In this document: in pieces, positions 28,313 to 38,612 of the stretch | Position numbering within the stretch: the stretch's first letter is position 1 | Layout: every line of letters starts with the position of its first letter | NCBI GenBank assembly: GCA_028873865.1 | Contig: JAPPNI010000026.1 | Location: forward strand, 55,180 to 119,179 | Length of the DNA: 64,000 bases | From: Chloroflexota bacterium | Lineage (GTDB): Bacteria; Chloroflexota; Dehalococcoidia; Bin125 | Direction of reading: 5' to 3' | The notes under the pieces: generated by a model | Database searches by the model: none | Seen by the model: the letters and a program-made list of their open reading frames with translations, nothing else | What the model was told of the DNA's origin: nothing | Translations under genes and position numbers: made by a program

Positions 28313-31195
28313 CTAGCCGGTGTTGCGCAGCCCGGCGGCGACGCCGTTGACGCTGCGCAGGATCGCTTCCAGTGTCTCCGCGTACTCGGGATCGTTTTCG
28401 GGGAGATCACGGATCCGGCTGAGCAGCTCGACCTGGAGGAAGCTCAGCGCGTCGACGTACGGGTTGCGCAGGTCGATTGAACGCTGAAGCACCGGGGTTC
28501 CGTCCAGGAGTCGTTCCTGGTCGGACAGCCGGTTCACCATTCGGACCGTCCGCTGGAACTCCTCGCTCAGCCGTCCGAAGGTGCGCAGGTCGCGGTCGCC
28601 GTCGCCGAGAGTTCGGGCGTAGTGCTCGGCGACATCGAAGTCGGCCTTGGCCAGGACCATCTCGACGTTCGAGAGCAGCGTGGCGAAGAACGGCCAGCGA
28701 ACGCGCATGTCACGCAGCAGCGATTCGCCGGCTTCGCCGTGTTTCTGGATGAACTGTTCAATCGCGGTGCCGACGCCCATCCATCCGGTGATCACATGGC
28801 GGGTCTGCATCCAGGCGAAGACCCAGGGGATGGCCCGCAGCGAGGTCAATGACGCGTCCGACCCCGGCCGGAATGTCGGGCGTGAGCCGATGGCGAGGTT
28901 GCCGAGCATGCCGATCGGCGTGACGCGCTGGAAGTAGGCGTGCAGGTCGGCGTCGTCGACTACGTTCGTCCGGTAGGCTCGCTCCGCTGTCGCGGACAGC
29001 TCGTCCATCGCGGCGTGATAGCGTTCCAGCTCGCGGTCGGGCGTGTGGTCGTGATCGTGATCGAAGCGCTTGACCAACGATGCGGCCAACGTCTGCTCGA
29101 GGTTCCACCTGGCCAGGCCGGGCATACCGTAGGTGAACTGGATCATCTCGCCCTGCTCGGTGAACTTGATCCCGCCTTCGGTCGTATGCGGCGGCAGCGC
29201 GAGGATCGCGTCGTGCGAGGGCCCGCCGCCTCGGCTGACCGTGCCGCCGCGTCCGTGGAAGAACATCAAGTCGATGCCCGCCTCGCGCGCGACCTCGTGC
29301 ATCAGGTCCTGGGCCCGGTAAAGGCCCCAGAGCGAGGGCAGGACGCCGGCGTCCTTGGCCGAGTCGGAGTAGCCGACCATGACCTCCTGCCGGTCGTTGT
29401 GAGCCTTGAGGTGTCGCCGATAGGCGCCGTGCCTGAAGAGCGAGCGGAGGACCGAGGGCGCGCGATCGAGGTCAGCGACTCGCTCGAACAGCGGCGCGAT
29501 CCGGATTCGCCCGCCCGGTGCGCGGAGATTGATGTCGTTGAGACCGGCCTGACGTGCCAGGAGCACCGGGGCGAGCACGTCGGCGGCGTGTTCGGACATC
29601 GAGACGATGCAGGTCTGCATCGCCTCCTCGCCGCAGATGCGCTGAATCCTCCGAGCCGTGCGGAAGCGACGCAGGGTGTCGTCGTCGTGGGTGGACATTG
29701 CGTGTCCGACGGGGAAGTAGTCGCGGTCCAGTTCGCCGGCGAGGAACGCCTCCTGCTGGTCGCGACTGAGCTCGAGATAGCTGCCGCCCGGCGGTTGAAT
29801 GTCCAGGCCCTGCAGCACCGCGTCGGCTGCCTCGTGGAAGCGATTGGCGTGATCGCGGATGTCGAGCGCCGCGAGATGGAAGCCGAACGCCCGCGCGCGG
29901 TCGATCAGCGGCTGGACGACGGTCTCGGCGCCGGCGGTGGCTCCGTGAAGCCGCAGGCTTCCGGCGATCGCTTCGAGGTCTTCAACGAAGTCGGCGGCGG
30001 AGTCGTAGGGAAGGCCGTCGGGTTCGGTGGTGGCCAGGCGAGCGTCGTGGATATTGACTGCCCGCGTGTCGAGCAGGGCGTAGTCGGCCTCAAGGGTCGC
30101 CTGCAGGCGGGCCGCCATGTAGCGGATCTTGTGCCGGTAGCGCTCAGCGGCGTTGCGCCGCTCGAGACGCTCGGTCACGCGCGGCATCCGACGGGCATCT
30201 CGCTGCAACGATTCCTCCAGAGACGCCGAGGTCGCCACTCTGCGGACCGAGTGCAGGAGCAAACCGTCCATATCTCTGACTGCCTGCAGGTGCAGCCTGA
30301 GTACCTGGGCTCGCATCGTGAGGGCCGTCTGCCAGGTCAGGTCCGGTGTCACGTTGGGGTTGCCGTCGGCGTCGCCGCCCATCCAGGAGCCGAGGACGAT
30401 CGGCGCGGGTGAATCCTCCGGGCGCGCTCCGGTGGCGCTACGGAAGCGGCTCGTGACTGCCGGCACGGCATCCCACAGAGTCGTCTCGAAGGTGCGCAGG
30501 AGCAGGCGCGACTCTTCGAGCACGGTCGGCCGGCGGTAGCGCAGGTGATCGGCCTGCCAGAGACCCTCGATGTGGGTACGGAGCGCGGAGTCGATCTCGT
30601 CGAGTTCCGAGGGGATCGCCCGTTCACGCTCCAGCAGCAGCCGATGCACATCCTGCAGTGTGGTCAGCATGGTCAGGCGCTGTGATTCGGTGGGATGGGC
30701 GGTGAACACCGGCTGCAGATGAATCCCGCTGGCCTGCGCTCGAATCGTGTCCTCGTCGATGCCGCCGGCGAGGAGTTGTTCGACGACCGCGGGGATCGAA
30801 CGCGGCGCGATCTGCGAGTCGCTGGAGCGGACTCGACGGCGTCGGATGCGGTGCGTCTCCTCGGCCGTGTTGGTCAGGAGGAAGTAGGTGAGGAAGGCAT
30901 TGCCGACCTCGGCAGCGAGCCAGAGCGGCCAGCTTTTGACCAGGCTGACGATCTCAGCCGTGAGTTGGGGCTCGGGCTCCTGGCGAACTCCGCGGCGTCG
31001 CTGGGCGAGGCCGCGAAGCTCCTCGACGGCATTGAACACTTCCTCGCCGTCAACCGTGCGGATCGTGTTGCCGAGCAGACTGCTGAGGAGTCGCACGTCG
31101 GCGGCCAGCGGTGCATCGACCCTGGCTCGATCGTGGTTCGGGCGCGGCGTGGTTGGAGTAGAAGCCTGCGCGTGTTCCTCAGGCGAACCCACCAT
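28313..31195 (-). CDS. ppc: Phosphoenolpyruvate carboxylase
   Basis: VFTAHPTE, SWMGGD.DGNP, QEVMVGYSDSAKD, FHGRGGTVSRGGGP, LRAIPWVF, C-terminal GLRNTG; start uncertain (31195 or 31240). Confidence 0.95.
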   Translation of the reverse strand: MVGSPEEHAQASTPTTPRPNHDRARVDAPLAADVRLLSSLLGNTIRTVDGEEVFNAVEELRGLAQRRRGVRQEPEPQLTAEIVSLVKSWPLWLAAEVGNAFLTYFLLTNTAEETHRIRRRRVRSSDSQIAPRSIPAVVEQLLAGGIDEDTIRAQASGIHLQPVFTAHPTESQRLTMLTTLQDVHRLLLERERAIPSELDEIDSALRTHIEGLWQADHLRYRRPTVLEESRLLLRTFETTLWDAVPAVTSRFRSATGARPEDSPAPIVLGSWMGGDADGNPNVTPDLTWQTALTMRAQVLRLHLQAVRDMDGLLLHSVRRVATSASLEESLQRDARRMPRVTERLERRNAAERYRHKIRYMAARLQATLEADYALLDTRAVNIHDARLATTEPDGLPYDSAADFVEDLEAIAGSLRLHGATAGAETVVQPLIDRARAFGFHLAALDIRDHANRFHEAADAVLQGLDIQPPGGSYLELSRDQQEAFLAGELDRDYFPVGHAMSTHDDDTLRRFRTARRIQRICGEEAMQTCIVSMSEHAADVLAPVLLARQAGLNDINLRAPGGRIRIAPLFERVADLDRAPSVLRSLFRHGAYRRHLKAHNDRQEVMVGYSDSAKDAGVLPSLWGLYRAQDLMHEVAREAGIDLMFFHGRGGTVSRGGGPSHDAILALPPHTTEGGIKFTEQGEMIQFTYGMPGLARWNLEQTLAASLVKRFDHDHDHTPDRELERYHAAMDELSATAERAYRTNVVDDADLHAYFQRVTPIGMLGNLAIGSRPTFRPGSDASLTSLRAIPWVFAWMQTRHVITGWMGVGTAIEQFIQKHGEAGESLLRDMRVRWPFFATLLSNVEMVLAKADFDVAEHYARTLGDGDRDLRTFGRLSEEFQRTVRMVNRLSDQERLLDGTPVLQRSIDLRNPYVDALSFLQVELLSRIRDLPENDPEYAETLEAILRSVNGVAAGLRNTG

Positions 31196-31284
31196 GTGAC
31201 ACCATCCGTGACGCCCACTCTTGAGGGCCAGATCCGGCACGTCGCATACGATTGTTGCAGGTTTTCAGCGAGGGATGGGCAACG

Positions 31285-33327
31285 ATGAGTGAACAGTCCG
31301 ACGAACCAGTTACGGCACCGTCCGGCGCCCGGCGAGTTGCACCGTATGGCACCCGGCGAGTTGCGCCTTATGGCGCCCGGCGAGTTGCGCCTTATGGCGC
31401 ATGGGAATCCCCGATCGCCACCGAGATGCTGACGGCTGGCGCGCTGCGCTTTGACGAACTTGATGTGGACGGAGACGATCTCTACTGGGTTGAGTCACGT
31501 CCGGACGAACGCGGCCGCTACGCGGCGATGCGCTACTCGGCGGACGGCGAGATGACGGAGGTCACGCCGTCGGACCATAGCGCTCGCACGCTGGTGCACG
31601 AGTATGGCGGCGGTTCGTTCGCCGTGTCCAACGGCGTTGGATACTACTCGAACTTCAGTGATCAGCGGCTGTATCGCCGATCGGTGGACGGTTCCGAGGA
31701 ACCGTTGCTCCTGACTCCTGAGATCCCCGTGCGCTACGCCGACGCCACGATCGATGAGGCTCGGGGGAGATTGATCTGTGTGGCTGAGGACCACCGGCGT
31801 GAGGGTCTGGAGGCCGAGAACTACCTGGCGTCGATCCCGACGGACGGCAGCGCCGCCGACTCGACCGAGATCGTCCGGCTGCATGAAGGATTCGACTTCT
31901 GTTCATCCCCTCGGCTGAGCCCCGATGGTCGCCGGCTGGCCTGGATCTGCTGGAACCACCCGAACATGCCCTGGGATGCCACAGAACTGTGGCTGGCGGA
32001 AGTGGCGACGGACGGGGCGCTCCTGTCGCCGCGGCGGATCGCCGGGGACGCCAAGGGCGACGTTTCGATCACCGAGCCGCAGTGGGGACCGGACGGGACC
32101 CTGTATTGCGTCTCGGATGAGTCGGGTTGGTGGAATATCCAACGCTGGGATGGCAGCGAACTGACAGCCGTTCTGACGATGGAGGCGGAGTTCGGCCAAC
32201 CGCAGTGGGAATTCTCGATGTCGACCTACGCGGTGATGGACGAGTGCTGCCTCGTGGCGCAGTACGGGAACGCCGATGGCCGAGGGCTGGCCGTGATCGA
32301 CGTGGAGGAAGGTGAGCTCAGAGAGCTTGAGACGCCGTTCAACACCTTTGGGTTCTTCACCGCCGCGGTTGGCCCGCGGGCCATCTGCGCCGCGGCTGGA
32401 CCGGATGTCGGCGCGGCGATCGTTGCGATCAACGTCGACGACGGCGAGATTGAGACTCTGCGTGCATCTTCCGGGCCCGAGCTTGATCCTGAATACTTCT
32501 CCGAAGCCGAGGCGATCTCGTATCCCACGACGGGAGGACGAACCTCTCACGCCTACTACTACGCTCCGCGCAATCCGGATTTCGAGGCACCGGAGGGCGA
32601 GTTGCCGCCGCTGGTGACGTTCATTCACGGTGGACCGACCAGCGCGACCAATCCTGGATTCAACCTCGCGATCCAGTACTGGACCACCCGAGGGTTCGCG
32701 GTGGTCGACGTCAACTACCGGGGTTCGACCGGTTACGGCACCGAATATCGACGAGCGCTGAACGGGAACTGGGGCATCGTCGATCGAGAGGACTGCGAAG
32801 CGGCGGCCCGGTATCTCGTGGAGCGAGGCGACGTTGACGGCTCGCGCCTGGCGATACGCGGCGGCTCCGCCGGCGGCTACACGACCCTGGGCGCGCTCAC
32901 CTTCGGCGATGTCTTCACCGCCGGGGCTTCGTACTACGGAGTCTCCGATGTCGCTGCCCTGGCCGAAGACACGCACAAGTTCGAATCTCGCTATCTCGAC
33001 TCCCTGATCGGTCCCTATCCGGAGCGGGCTGAGCTGTACGAACAGCGCTCGCCGATCCATGCGGTCGACCGGCTGTCCTGCCCGATCATTTTTCTCCAGG
33101 GCCTGGAGGACAAGATCGTGCCGCCGAACCAGGCGGAGCGGATGGTCGATGCGCTGCGCCAGAAAGGGTTGCCGGTCGCTTACCTCGCCTTTGAGGGCGA
33201 GCAACACGGCTTCCGCCAGGCGGCCAACATCCAACGGGCGACGGAGGCGGAGCTGGACTTCTATGGACGCATCTTCGGCTTCTCTCCGGCCGGCGAGATT
33301 GAGCCGGTCGAGATCGAGAATCTGTAG
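31285..33327 (+). CDS. S9 family peptidase (acylaminoacyl/dipeptidyl peptidase-like)
   Basis: APYG.W.SPI N-terminus, HGGPT, GGSAGG nucleophile, QG.ED..V, EQHGF. Confidence 0.93.
   Translation: MSEQSDEPVTAPSGARRVAPYGTRRVAPYGARRVAPYGAWESPIATEMLTAGALRFDELDVDGDDLYWVESRPDERGRYAAMRYSADGEMTEVTPSDHSARTLVHEYGGGSFAVSNGVGYYSNFSDQRLYRRSVDGSEEPLLLTPEIPVRYADATIDEARGRLICVAEDHRREGLEAENYLASIPTDGSAADSTEIVRLHEGFDFCSSPRLSPDGRRLAWICWNHPNMPWDATELWLAEVATDGALLSPRRIAGDAKGDVSITEPQWGPDGTLYCVSDESGWWNIQRWDGSELTAVLTMEAEFGQPQWEFSMSTYAVMDECCLVAQYGNADGRGLAVIDVEEGELRELETPFNTFGFFTAAVGPRAICAAAGPDVGAAIVAINVDDGEIETLRASSGPELDPEYFSEAEAISYPTTGGRTSHAYYYAPRNPDFEAPEGELPPLVTFIHGGPTSATNPGFNLAIQYWTTRGFAVVDVNYRGSTGYGTEYRRALNGNWGIVDREDCEAAARYLVERGDVDGSRLAIRGGSAGGYTTLGALTFGDVFTAGASYYGVSDVAALAEDTHKFESRYLDSLIGPYPERAELYEQRSPIHAVDRLSCPIIFLQGLEDKIVPPNQAERMVDALRQKGLPVAYLAFEGEQHGFRQAANIQRATEAELDFYGRIFGFSPAGEIEPVEIENL
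31324..31398 (+). repeat. In-frame 24-bp tandem repeat x3
   Basis: GGCRCCCGGCGAGTTGCRCCKTAT units encoding G(A/T)RRVAPY. Confidence 0.9.
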
Positions 33328-34752
33328 ATGACGGAGATCCACGAACTTTCTGCTGCGGAGTTGCGATCGGCGTACCGATCGCGAGCGCTGTCGCCGGTGG
33401 AGGTCGTGGAATCGATCTTCCAACGGATCGATGCGCTGGAGCCGTCGTTGCACGCTTTCGTTACCCGAACTTACGACCTCGCGGTGGCCCAGGCACAGGA
33501 GGCCGAGCGTCGCTGGCGATCAGCGGAGGTGGGCGAGAGGTCTGCGCTGCTGGGTGTACCGGTGACCGTGAAGGACCTGGTTGATGTGGCAGGCGCGCCG
33601 ACGACGATGGGTTCGCGGGTCACCGATCACGAGCCCGCGCCGCGTGACGAGCTGTTCGTCGAGCACCTTCGCGAGGCTGGAGCGGTGTTGCTTGGCAAGA
33701 CCAATACGTCGGAGTTCGGGCTTGCGGCGCAGACGGTGAACCGGCTTGGTCCCCCGACGGTGAATCCCTGGAACCTGGAGCGGACGGCGGGAGGCTCGAG
33801 CGGCGGCGCTGCCGCCGCCTGCGCGGCGGGTTACGGACCGCTGCATCACGGCACCGACGGCGGAGGTTCCGTGCGAGTTCCGGCGGCCTACTGCGGTGTG
33901 GTTGGGCTGAAGCCAACCGGCCGACTGATACCTCGCCGGGAGCGCGGGGCCGGGATGTCGCAGATTTCGACGGACGGCGTGCTGGCGCGAACCGTGGCCG
34001 ACGCAGCCCTGATGCTTGATGTGATGGCCGGCTCGGGCGAAAGGACTCATCACACCATGAACACGAGTTCCGAGCCGGCCAATGCCACGATATACGAACG
34101 TCGGTACGATCTGCAAGGGCTGCGTGTCGCCTCGACGACACGGCTCGGCTGGCCGACTCCCTGTGAGCCAGAGATTGCCGAACGGGTCGGGGTCGCGGCA
34201 GAGATGTTGCGGGACGCCGGCGCTGAAGTGTTCGAGGCGACGCCGGAGATCTCGGATCCGAATGAGGTCTTCCCGACGCTCTCGGCGGTCGGGGCGGCGG
34301 CGAACTACGGGTCGCTGTGTATCGGCCGGGAGGACGATCTGAGCGATTACACCCGAGGCAGCCTGAAGCGCGGGCGCGCGTTGACCGGGATCCAGGTCGC
34401 CGAGGCCTATGCGGGCCTCGATCGGCTCAATCGGCTGATGGACGCCTGGTTTGACCAGTTCGACGTGTTGCTGACTCCGACCAGCGCCATCGCTGCTCAT
34501 CCTCACGGGGCGAGGATCGAGCAGATCGCGGGAACGTCGGTCAGTCCGTGGACTATCTCGATCCTCTACACGCCGCTGGCGAATCTGATTCAGGCGCCGG
34601 CGATCGCGATGCCGGCGGGGCTTGACCGGGACGGCCTGCCGATCTCGGTGCAGCTGATGGCGCGGGAGGGGAACGACGCCACCGTTATCCGCTGCGCGGC
34701 CGTACTGGAGGCGGCCGAGCTGAACGACGCTAGTCCTCTAGCACCAGTGTGA
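33328..34752 (+). CDS. Amidase signature family protein
   Basis: GVPVTVKD, GGSSGGAAAA, GTDGGGSVRVPA. Confidence 0.92.
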   Translation: MTEIHELSAAELRSAYRSRALSPVEVVESIFQRIDALEPSLHAFVTRTYDLAVAQAQEAERRWRSAEVGERSALLGVPVTVKDLVDVAGAPTTMGSRVTDHEPAPRDELFVEHLREAGAVLLGKTNTSEFGLAAQTVNRLGPPTVNPWNLERTAGGSSGGAAAACAAGYGPLHHGTDGGGSVRVPAAYCGVVGLKPTGRLIPRRERGAGMSQISTDGVLARTVADAALMLDVMAGSGERTHHTMNTSSEPANATIYERRYDLQGLRVASTTRLGWPTPCEPEIAERVGVAAEMLRDAGAEVFEATPEISDPNEVFPTLSAVGAAANYGSLCIGREDDLSDYTRGSLKRGRALTGIQVAEAYAGLDRLNRLMDAWFDQFDVLLTPTSAIAAHPHGARIEQIAGTSVSPWTISILYTPLANLIQAPAIAMPAGLDRDGLPISVQLMAREGNDATVIRCAAVLEAAELNDASPLAPV

Positions 34753-35506
34753 CCGGTGCGTGGTCGGAGGGCTTGTCGCCGTCGCCCTCCATCTGCCGCT
34801 CTTCGATGTCGATTTCGACCGCGACGGCGCGCTCGACCAGCGGCTCGCTGATCAGATGGTGGTCGATGCGCAGTCCCTTGTCCTGCTGGACTCCGCCGGT
34901 TCGGTAGTCCCACCAGGTGTAAACGCCGGCGGACTCGTCGAAGAGGCGCAGGGCGTCGGTGAGGCCCCAGTCGATCAGGGCATTGAGGCGTTCGCGCTCG
35001 GGTGTCGAGCAGAGGATGCGTTCGCGCCAGAACTCGGGGTCGTTGACGTCGCGTTCGTCGAAGGTGATGTTGTAGTCGCCGGTGAGGACAAGATCGCCGG
35101 CCTGGTCCTGTCCGTCCAGCCAGGCGCGCAGGTGGTCGAACCACTCCAGCTTGTAGCGGTACATCTCGTGACCGACCTCGCGGCCGTTGGGGCAGTAGAG
35201 GCTGACGACGCGGACGCCGTTGACTTCGGCTGCGATGCCGCGTGACTGATCGTCCTCGGGCCAGGGGACAGCTTCCTCGACCCGGTCCGGATAGTCGAGC
35301 GAGAGGATCGCGACGCCGTTGTACGACTTCTGACCGTGGAGGACGACGTTGTAGCCGAGGGCGTCGAAGCCGTCGAAGGGGAACTGCTCCTCGGTGCATT
35401 TGAGCTCTTGCAGGCAGAGGACATCGGGCTGGTGTTGGTCGAGCCAGTTGAGCACGCGGTCTTCGCGGGCCCGGATCGAGTTCACGTTCCAGGTCGTGAT
35501 CTTCAT
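34730..35506 (-). CDS. xth: Exodeoxyribonuclease III
   Basis: TWNVNSIR, LQELK, YNGVAI, GDYN, TWWDYR, GLRIDH, SDHAPV. Confidence 0.95.
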   Translation of the reverse strand: MKITTWNVNSIRAREDRVLNWLDQHQPDVLCLQELKCTEEQFPFDGFDALGYNVVLHGQKSYNGVAILSLDYPDRVEEAVPWPEDDQSRGIAAEVNGVRVVSLYCPNGREVGHEMYRYKLEWFDHLRAWLDGQDQAGDLVLTGDYNITFDERDVNDPEFWRERILCSTPERERLNALIDWGLTDALRLFDESAGVYTWWDYRTGGVQQDKGLRIDHHLISEPLVERAVAVEIDIEERQMEGDGDKPSDHAPVTLVLED

Positions 35507-36285
35507 CGGCCGCTCCCTTCACGAGCCTGTTGGTATCCATGATGAAGGATGATGCCGGCGGCGACGTTGACGTTGAGGGAGTCGACGCCGTCGTCGATGG
35601 GGACGGCGACGCGCGCGTCGATCAGCGGGGCGAGCTCTTCGGAGATTCCTGCGCCTTCGTTGCCGAACAGCCAGACGATCTTTGGGGGCAGTGAGAGCTG
35701 GCCCAGCGGGTCTCCGCTCTGATCGGCTGCGAGGACGATCCCGCCCTGATTGCGGTGTTTGTCGATGTCTGAGGCGAGGTCGGTCGAGCGGGTGATCGGT
35801 ACCTGGAACCATGCGCCCGTGGCTGCGCGCGTGACCCTTGGATGGGTGAGGTCGGCGCTGCCGGGGCCGACGAGAACTGCATCGGTGGCGAAGGCCGCCG
35901 CCGAGCGGATGATGCCTCCGACGTTGCCGGCGTCCTGGATGGCGTCGAGGGCGACGACCTGCCAGTGATCGCCTTGCGGTGGCTCAGATCCTCCCAACTC
36001 GTTCCTGATGAGCGCGAAGTGGCCTTGCGGCGTTCGCGTGTCGGAGAGGCGCTCGGCGTCGGCCCGGCTCAACTGCGTGACGGATTGCCTGGCGCCGAGC
36101 CACTGCTCGGGGTGCGTTGAGAGCAGCTCTACGACTGGCGCGCCGGCGTCGATCGCTTCGCGGACGAGCTTTTCGCCGTCGATCAGGAACAGACCCTGCT
36201 CGCGTCGTTGGCGAGCGGTCTTGAGTTTTTGCAGTTGGCGCAGGCGCGCGCGCGTGAGTCGCTGGATTGGTTCCTCGTCACCCAC
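35503..36285 (-). CDS. TrmH/SpoU family RNA methyltransferase
   Basis: QDAGNVGGIIRSA, FGNEGAG, SLNVNVAAGI. Confidence 0.9.
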   Translation of the reverse strand: MGDEEPIQRLTRARLRQLQKLKTARQRREQGLFLIDGEKLVREAIDAGAPVVELLSTHPEQWLGARQSVTQLSRADAERLSDTRTPQGHFALIRNELGGSEPPQGDHWQVVALDAIQDAGNVGGIIRSAAAFATDAVLVGPGSADLTHPRVTRAATGAWFQVPITRSTDLASDIDKHRNQGGIVLAADQSGDPLGQLSLPPKIVWLFGNEGAGISEELAPLIDARVAVPIDDGVDSLNVNVAAGIILHHGYQQAREGSGR

Positions 36286-36310
36286 GACGCCCGCCGCTTG
36301 CCTCTCGGAT

Positions 36311-37159
36311 CTAGCTGCCGTTGAACTCGGCCTTGACCTCGTTGTAGCGATCGAGCAACGGGATCACGGTTCCCGAGTCTGCCGGGGGCAGGCCGAAGAT
36401 GATCCGCTGGAAGCCCATGTCGATCAGGTCCTGGACCAGCTTTGGGTCGGGTCCGACGCCGAAGACGCTGCGCTGGATCGTCTCGAAGTCGCGCTCGGCC
36501 CTGTCGGCGGCGGCGCGGAGCTGCTCCATGTCGGCTCGCAGGTCGCCGCGACCGTTGATCGGCAACCAGCCGTCGCAGTAGTCGACGACCCGGTCGAAGG
36601 ACCACTTCGATTGCGCTCCCAGCAGGATCGGGACATCGCCGTCGACCGGCTTGGGGTAGCTCCAGACGGGGTCGAAGTCGATGAACTCGCCGTGGAACTC
36701 GGGCTCGTCCTGGGTCCAGAGTTCACGCCAGGCGAGGACGATCTCACGAGTGACCTTCCAGCGGTCCTTGAAGTTCCAGCCGTGGTTTTCGAGTTCTTCC
36801 GCGTTCCAGCCGGCGCCGATGCCGAGGATGAGGCGGCCGCCGGAGATCATGTCGAGCGAGGCGGCGGACTTGGCCGCGACGAGGACGTCGTGCTCGGGGA
36901 CGAGCAGGATGCCGGTGCCGACCTTGATCGTCTCGGTGGCTGCGGCGGCGGCCATGAGGGAGACGAAGGGGTCGTGGGTGTGCCAGTATTCCTGGGGCAG
37001 GTCGCCGCCGCCGGGCCAGGGCGAGACGCGGGACGTGGGGATGTGGGTGTGCTCGGGGAACCAGAGCGATTCGAAGCCGCGGGCCTCGACCTCGCGGGCG
37101 AGTTCGGGCGGTTGGATCGCATAGTCGGTCGGGAACATCGATACGCCGAAGTCGGTCAT
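36311..37159 (-). CDS. LLM-class F420-dependent oxidoreductase
   Basis: GFESLWFPEHTHIP, ASLDMISGGR..LGIGAGWN.EE. Confidence 0.9.
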   Translation of the reverse strand: MTDFGVSMFPTDYAIQPPELAREVEARGFESLWFPEHTHIPTSRVSPWPGGGDLPQEYWHTHDPFVSLMAAAAATETIKVGTGILLVPEHDVLVAAKSAASLDMISGGRLILGIGAGWNAEELENHGWNFKDRWKVTREIVLAWRELWTQDEPEFHGEFIDFDPVWSYPKPVDGDVPILLGAQSKWSFDRVVDYCDGWLPINGRGDLRADMEQLRAAADRAERDFETIQRSVFGVGPDPKLVQDLIDMGFQRIIFGLPPADSGTVIPLLDRYNEVKAEFNGS

Positions 37160-37230
37160 TCTGTGTCCTGTCTGTGTGCTTCCCAGGTTTCGGGACTGAG
37201 GATATCGCCTGCCCCCGGTCTGCCCGGGAT

Positions 37231-37758
37231 TCAGATGGTCAGGCCGCCGAGTTTGAGGAGGCCTCGGGCGTGTTCGACTTCTCCGACGTGGCGGTAGCCG
37301 TGGTAGAGCAGCATTCCGGTGAGGGCCTGCCAGATCGACATGGGGGGTGTAGGACGGATGACGATCTCCTCGGAGAGGTCGCTCTCGGTCAGGGTCGAGA
37401 CCCATTCGCGGGTGACGACCCAGACTCCCTGCTGGTAGGTGAGCCAGGCGTCGACATCGTTGAGCTGGACGGCGTCGGCTTCCTCTTTGGTCATGCCGGT
37501 GCCCTGTGAGGTTCGGTGCAGGCCGAAGTGCTGGTCCCACCCGTTGTCGAGCCAGACGGTTGGGCGTCGATGGACGACCCAGTTGACGATGTTGTCCTCG
37601 GTGCGGACGTAGTGCCAGAGGGAGAAGAAGGCGCTGACGCCGTCGCCGGCGGGTCGGGCGTTCCACTGGTCGGCGGTCATGTCGGGAACGGCACGGTCGA
37701 GCATGGCGTGCATGCCGTCGAGGCCTTCCTGGATCACTTCCAGTTGCGAGAGCGGCAT
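37231..37758 (-). CDS. DinB family protein
   Basis: LWH..R.ED and H...H.GE metal-binding pattern. Confidence 0.75.
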   Translation of the reverse strand: MPLSQLEVIQEGLDGMHAMLDRAVPDMTADQWNARPAGDGVSAFFSLWHYVRTEDNIVNWVVHRRPTVWLDNGWDQHFGLHRTSQGTGMTKEEADAVQLNDVDAWLTYQQGVWVVTREWVSTLTESDLSEEIVIRPTPPMSIWQALTGMLLYHGYRHVGEVEHARGLLKLGGLTI

Positions 37759-37833
37759 CAGACCTGTCCTCTTCCTGATTGGGACGCCTGTCGATCATAA
37801 GCTGAGCGCAGCGTTCAGCGCGAGGAGACTGCC

Positions 37834-38139
37834 ATGGCCAGCCAAGTCCAGCCCGACGAATACCGCGAGATGTTGCGGCACGGGACGATGTCGGTGGGCC
37901 TGTACACGCCGCATGAGGTGGACAAGCAGAGTCCGCATGACCAGGACGAGGTGTACATCGTGGCTTCAGGCACGGGCGTGTTCGCGCTGGGCGAGGAGCG
38001 GATGGCGTGTGGTCCGGGAGACGCGTTCTTCGTCGGCGCGGGGGCTCGGCACCGGTTTGAGGAGTTCAGCGACGACCTGGCAGTGTGGGTGGTGTTCTAC
38101 GGGCCCAAGGGTGGGGAGCACGGGTCCGGAGTGGGGTGA
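37834..38139 (+). CDS. Cupin domain protein
   Basis: QSPHDQDEVYIV, GD.FFV.AG..HRF, VWVVFYGP. Confidence 0.85.
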   Translation: MASQVQPDEYREMLRHGTMSVGLYTPHEVDKQSPHDQDEVYIVASGTGVFALGEERMACGPGDAFFVGAGARHRFEEFSDDLAVWVVFYGPKGGEHGSGVG

Positions 38140-38612
38140 TGGCTGAGGACTCGTCTGGGGCGAAGCTGGCGAGCGAGATCGCACTGTGGCATCTGCGGGA
38201 GCAGATTGCCTATGGTCGGGCACTCGACACCAAAATTGGCAGTGCCTTCGCGCTCAGCGCCGCCATGATTGCCCTGCTCGGATCGGCGCTCATCTTCGCC
38301 GCGCCAGTCGAACAGGGAGGCGTTGGGACGGCGGTCATCTCGGCAGCTGGACTCTTTATCGCTAACATCGTCGTCTCGACGACGGCGTTGCTCATTGGCG
38401 GACAAGACATAGGTCCAGGCGTTGAGGATCCGGAGTTTGCTGCCAGCGCGGGAAACGAGGAACTGTCGCAGTACTTAGCCGAGCAACTGGCACTTGCTGA
38501 GCGACGCAACAACAGGGTGCTGAGGGTCAAATCGATGCTGGTGGGCGCGGCGTTGCTACTCACAGCCGCGACCGCGATTTCTATTGCAGTTGCCGCGATT
38601 CTCGCTGTTTAG
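38139..38612 (+). CDS. Hypothetical 3-TM membrane protein
   Basis: ATG overlaps the cupin stop (TGATG); LDTK-TM1-TM2-loop-K-TM3. Confidence 0.65.
   Translation: MAEDSSGAKLASEIALWHLREQIAYGRALDTKIGSAFALSAAMIALLGSALIFAAPVEQGGVGTAVISAAGLFIANIVVSTTALLIGGQDIGPGVEDPEFAASAGNEELSQYLAEQLALAERRNNRVLRVKSMLVGAALLLTAATAISIAVAAILAV

Noticed and set aside
31324-31398. Short repeats as a CRISPR array (also 40734..40780 and 59331..59373)
   Set aside because: No unique spacers of CRISPR length and no cas genes.
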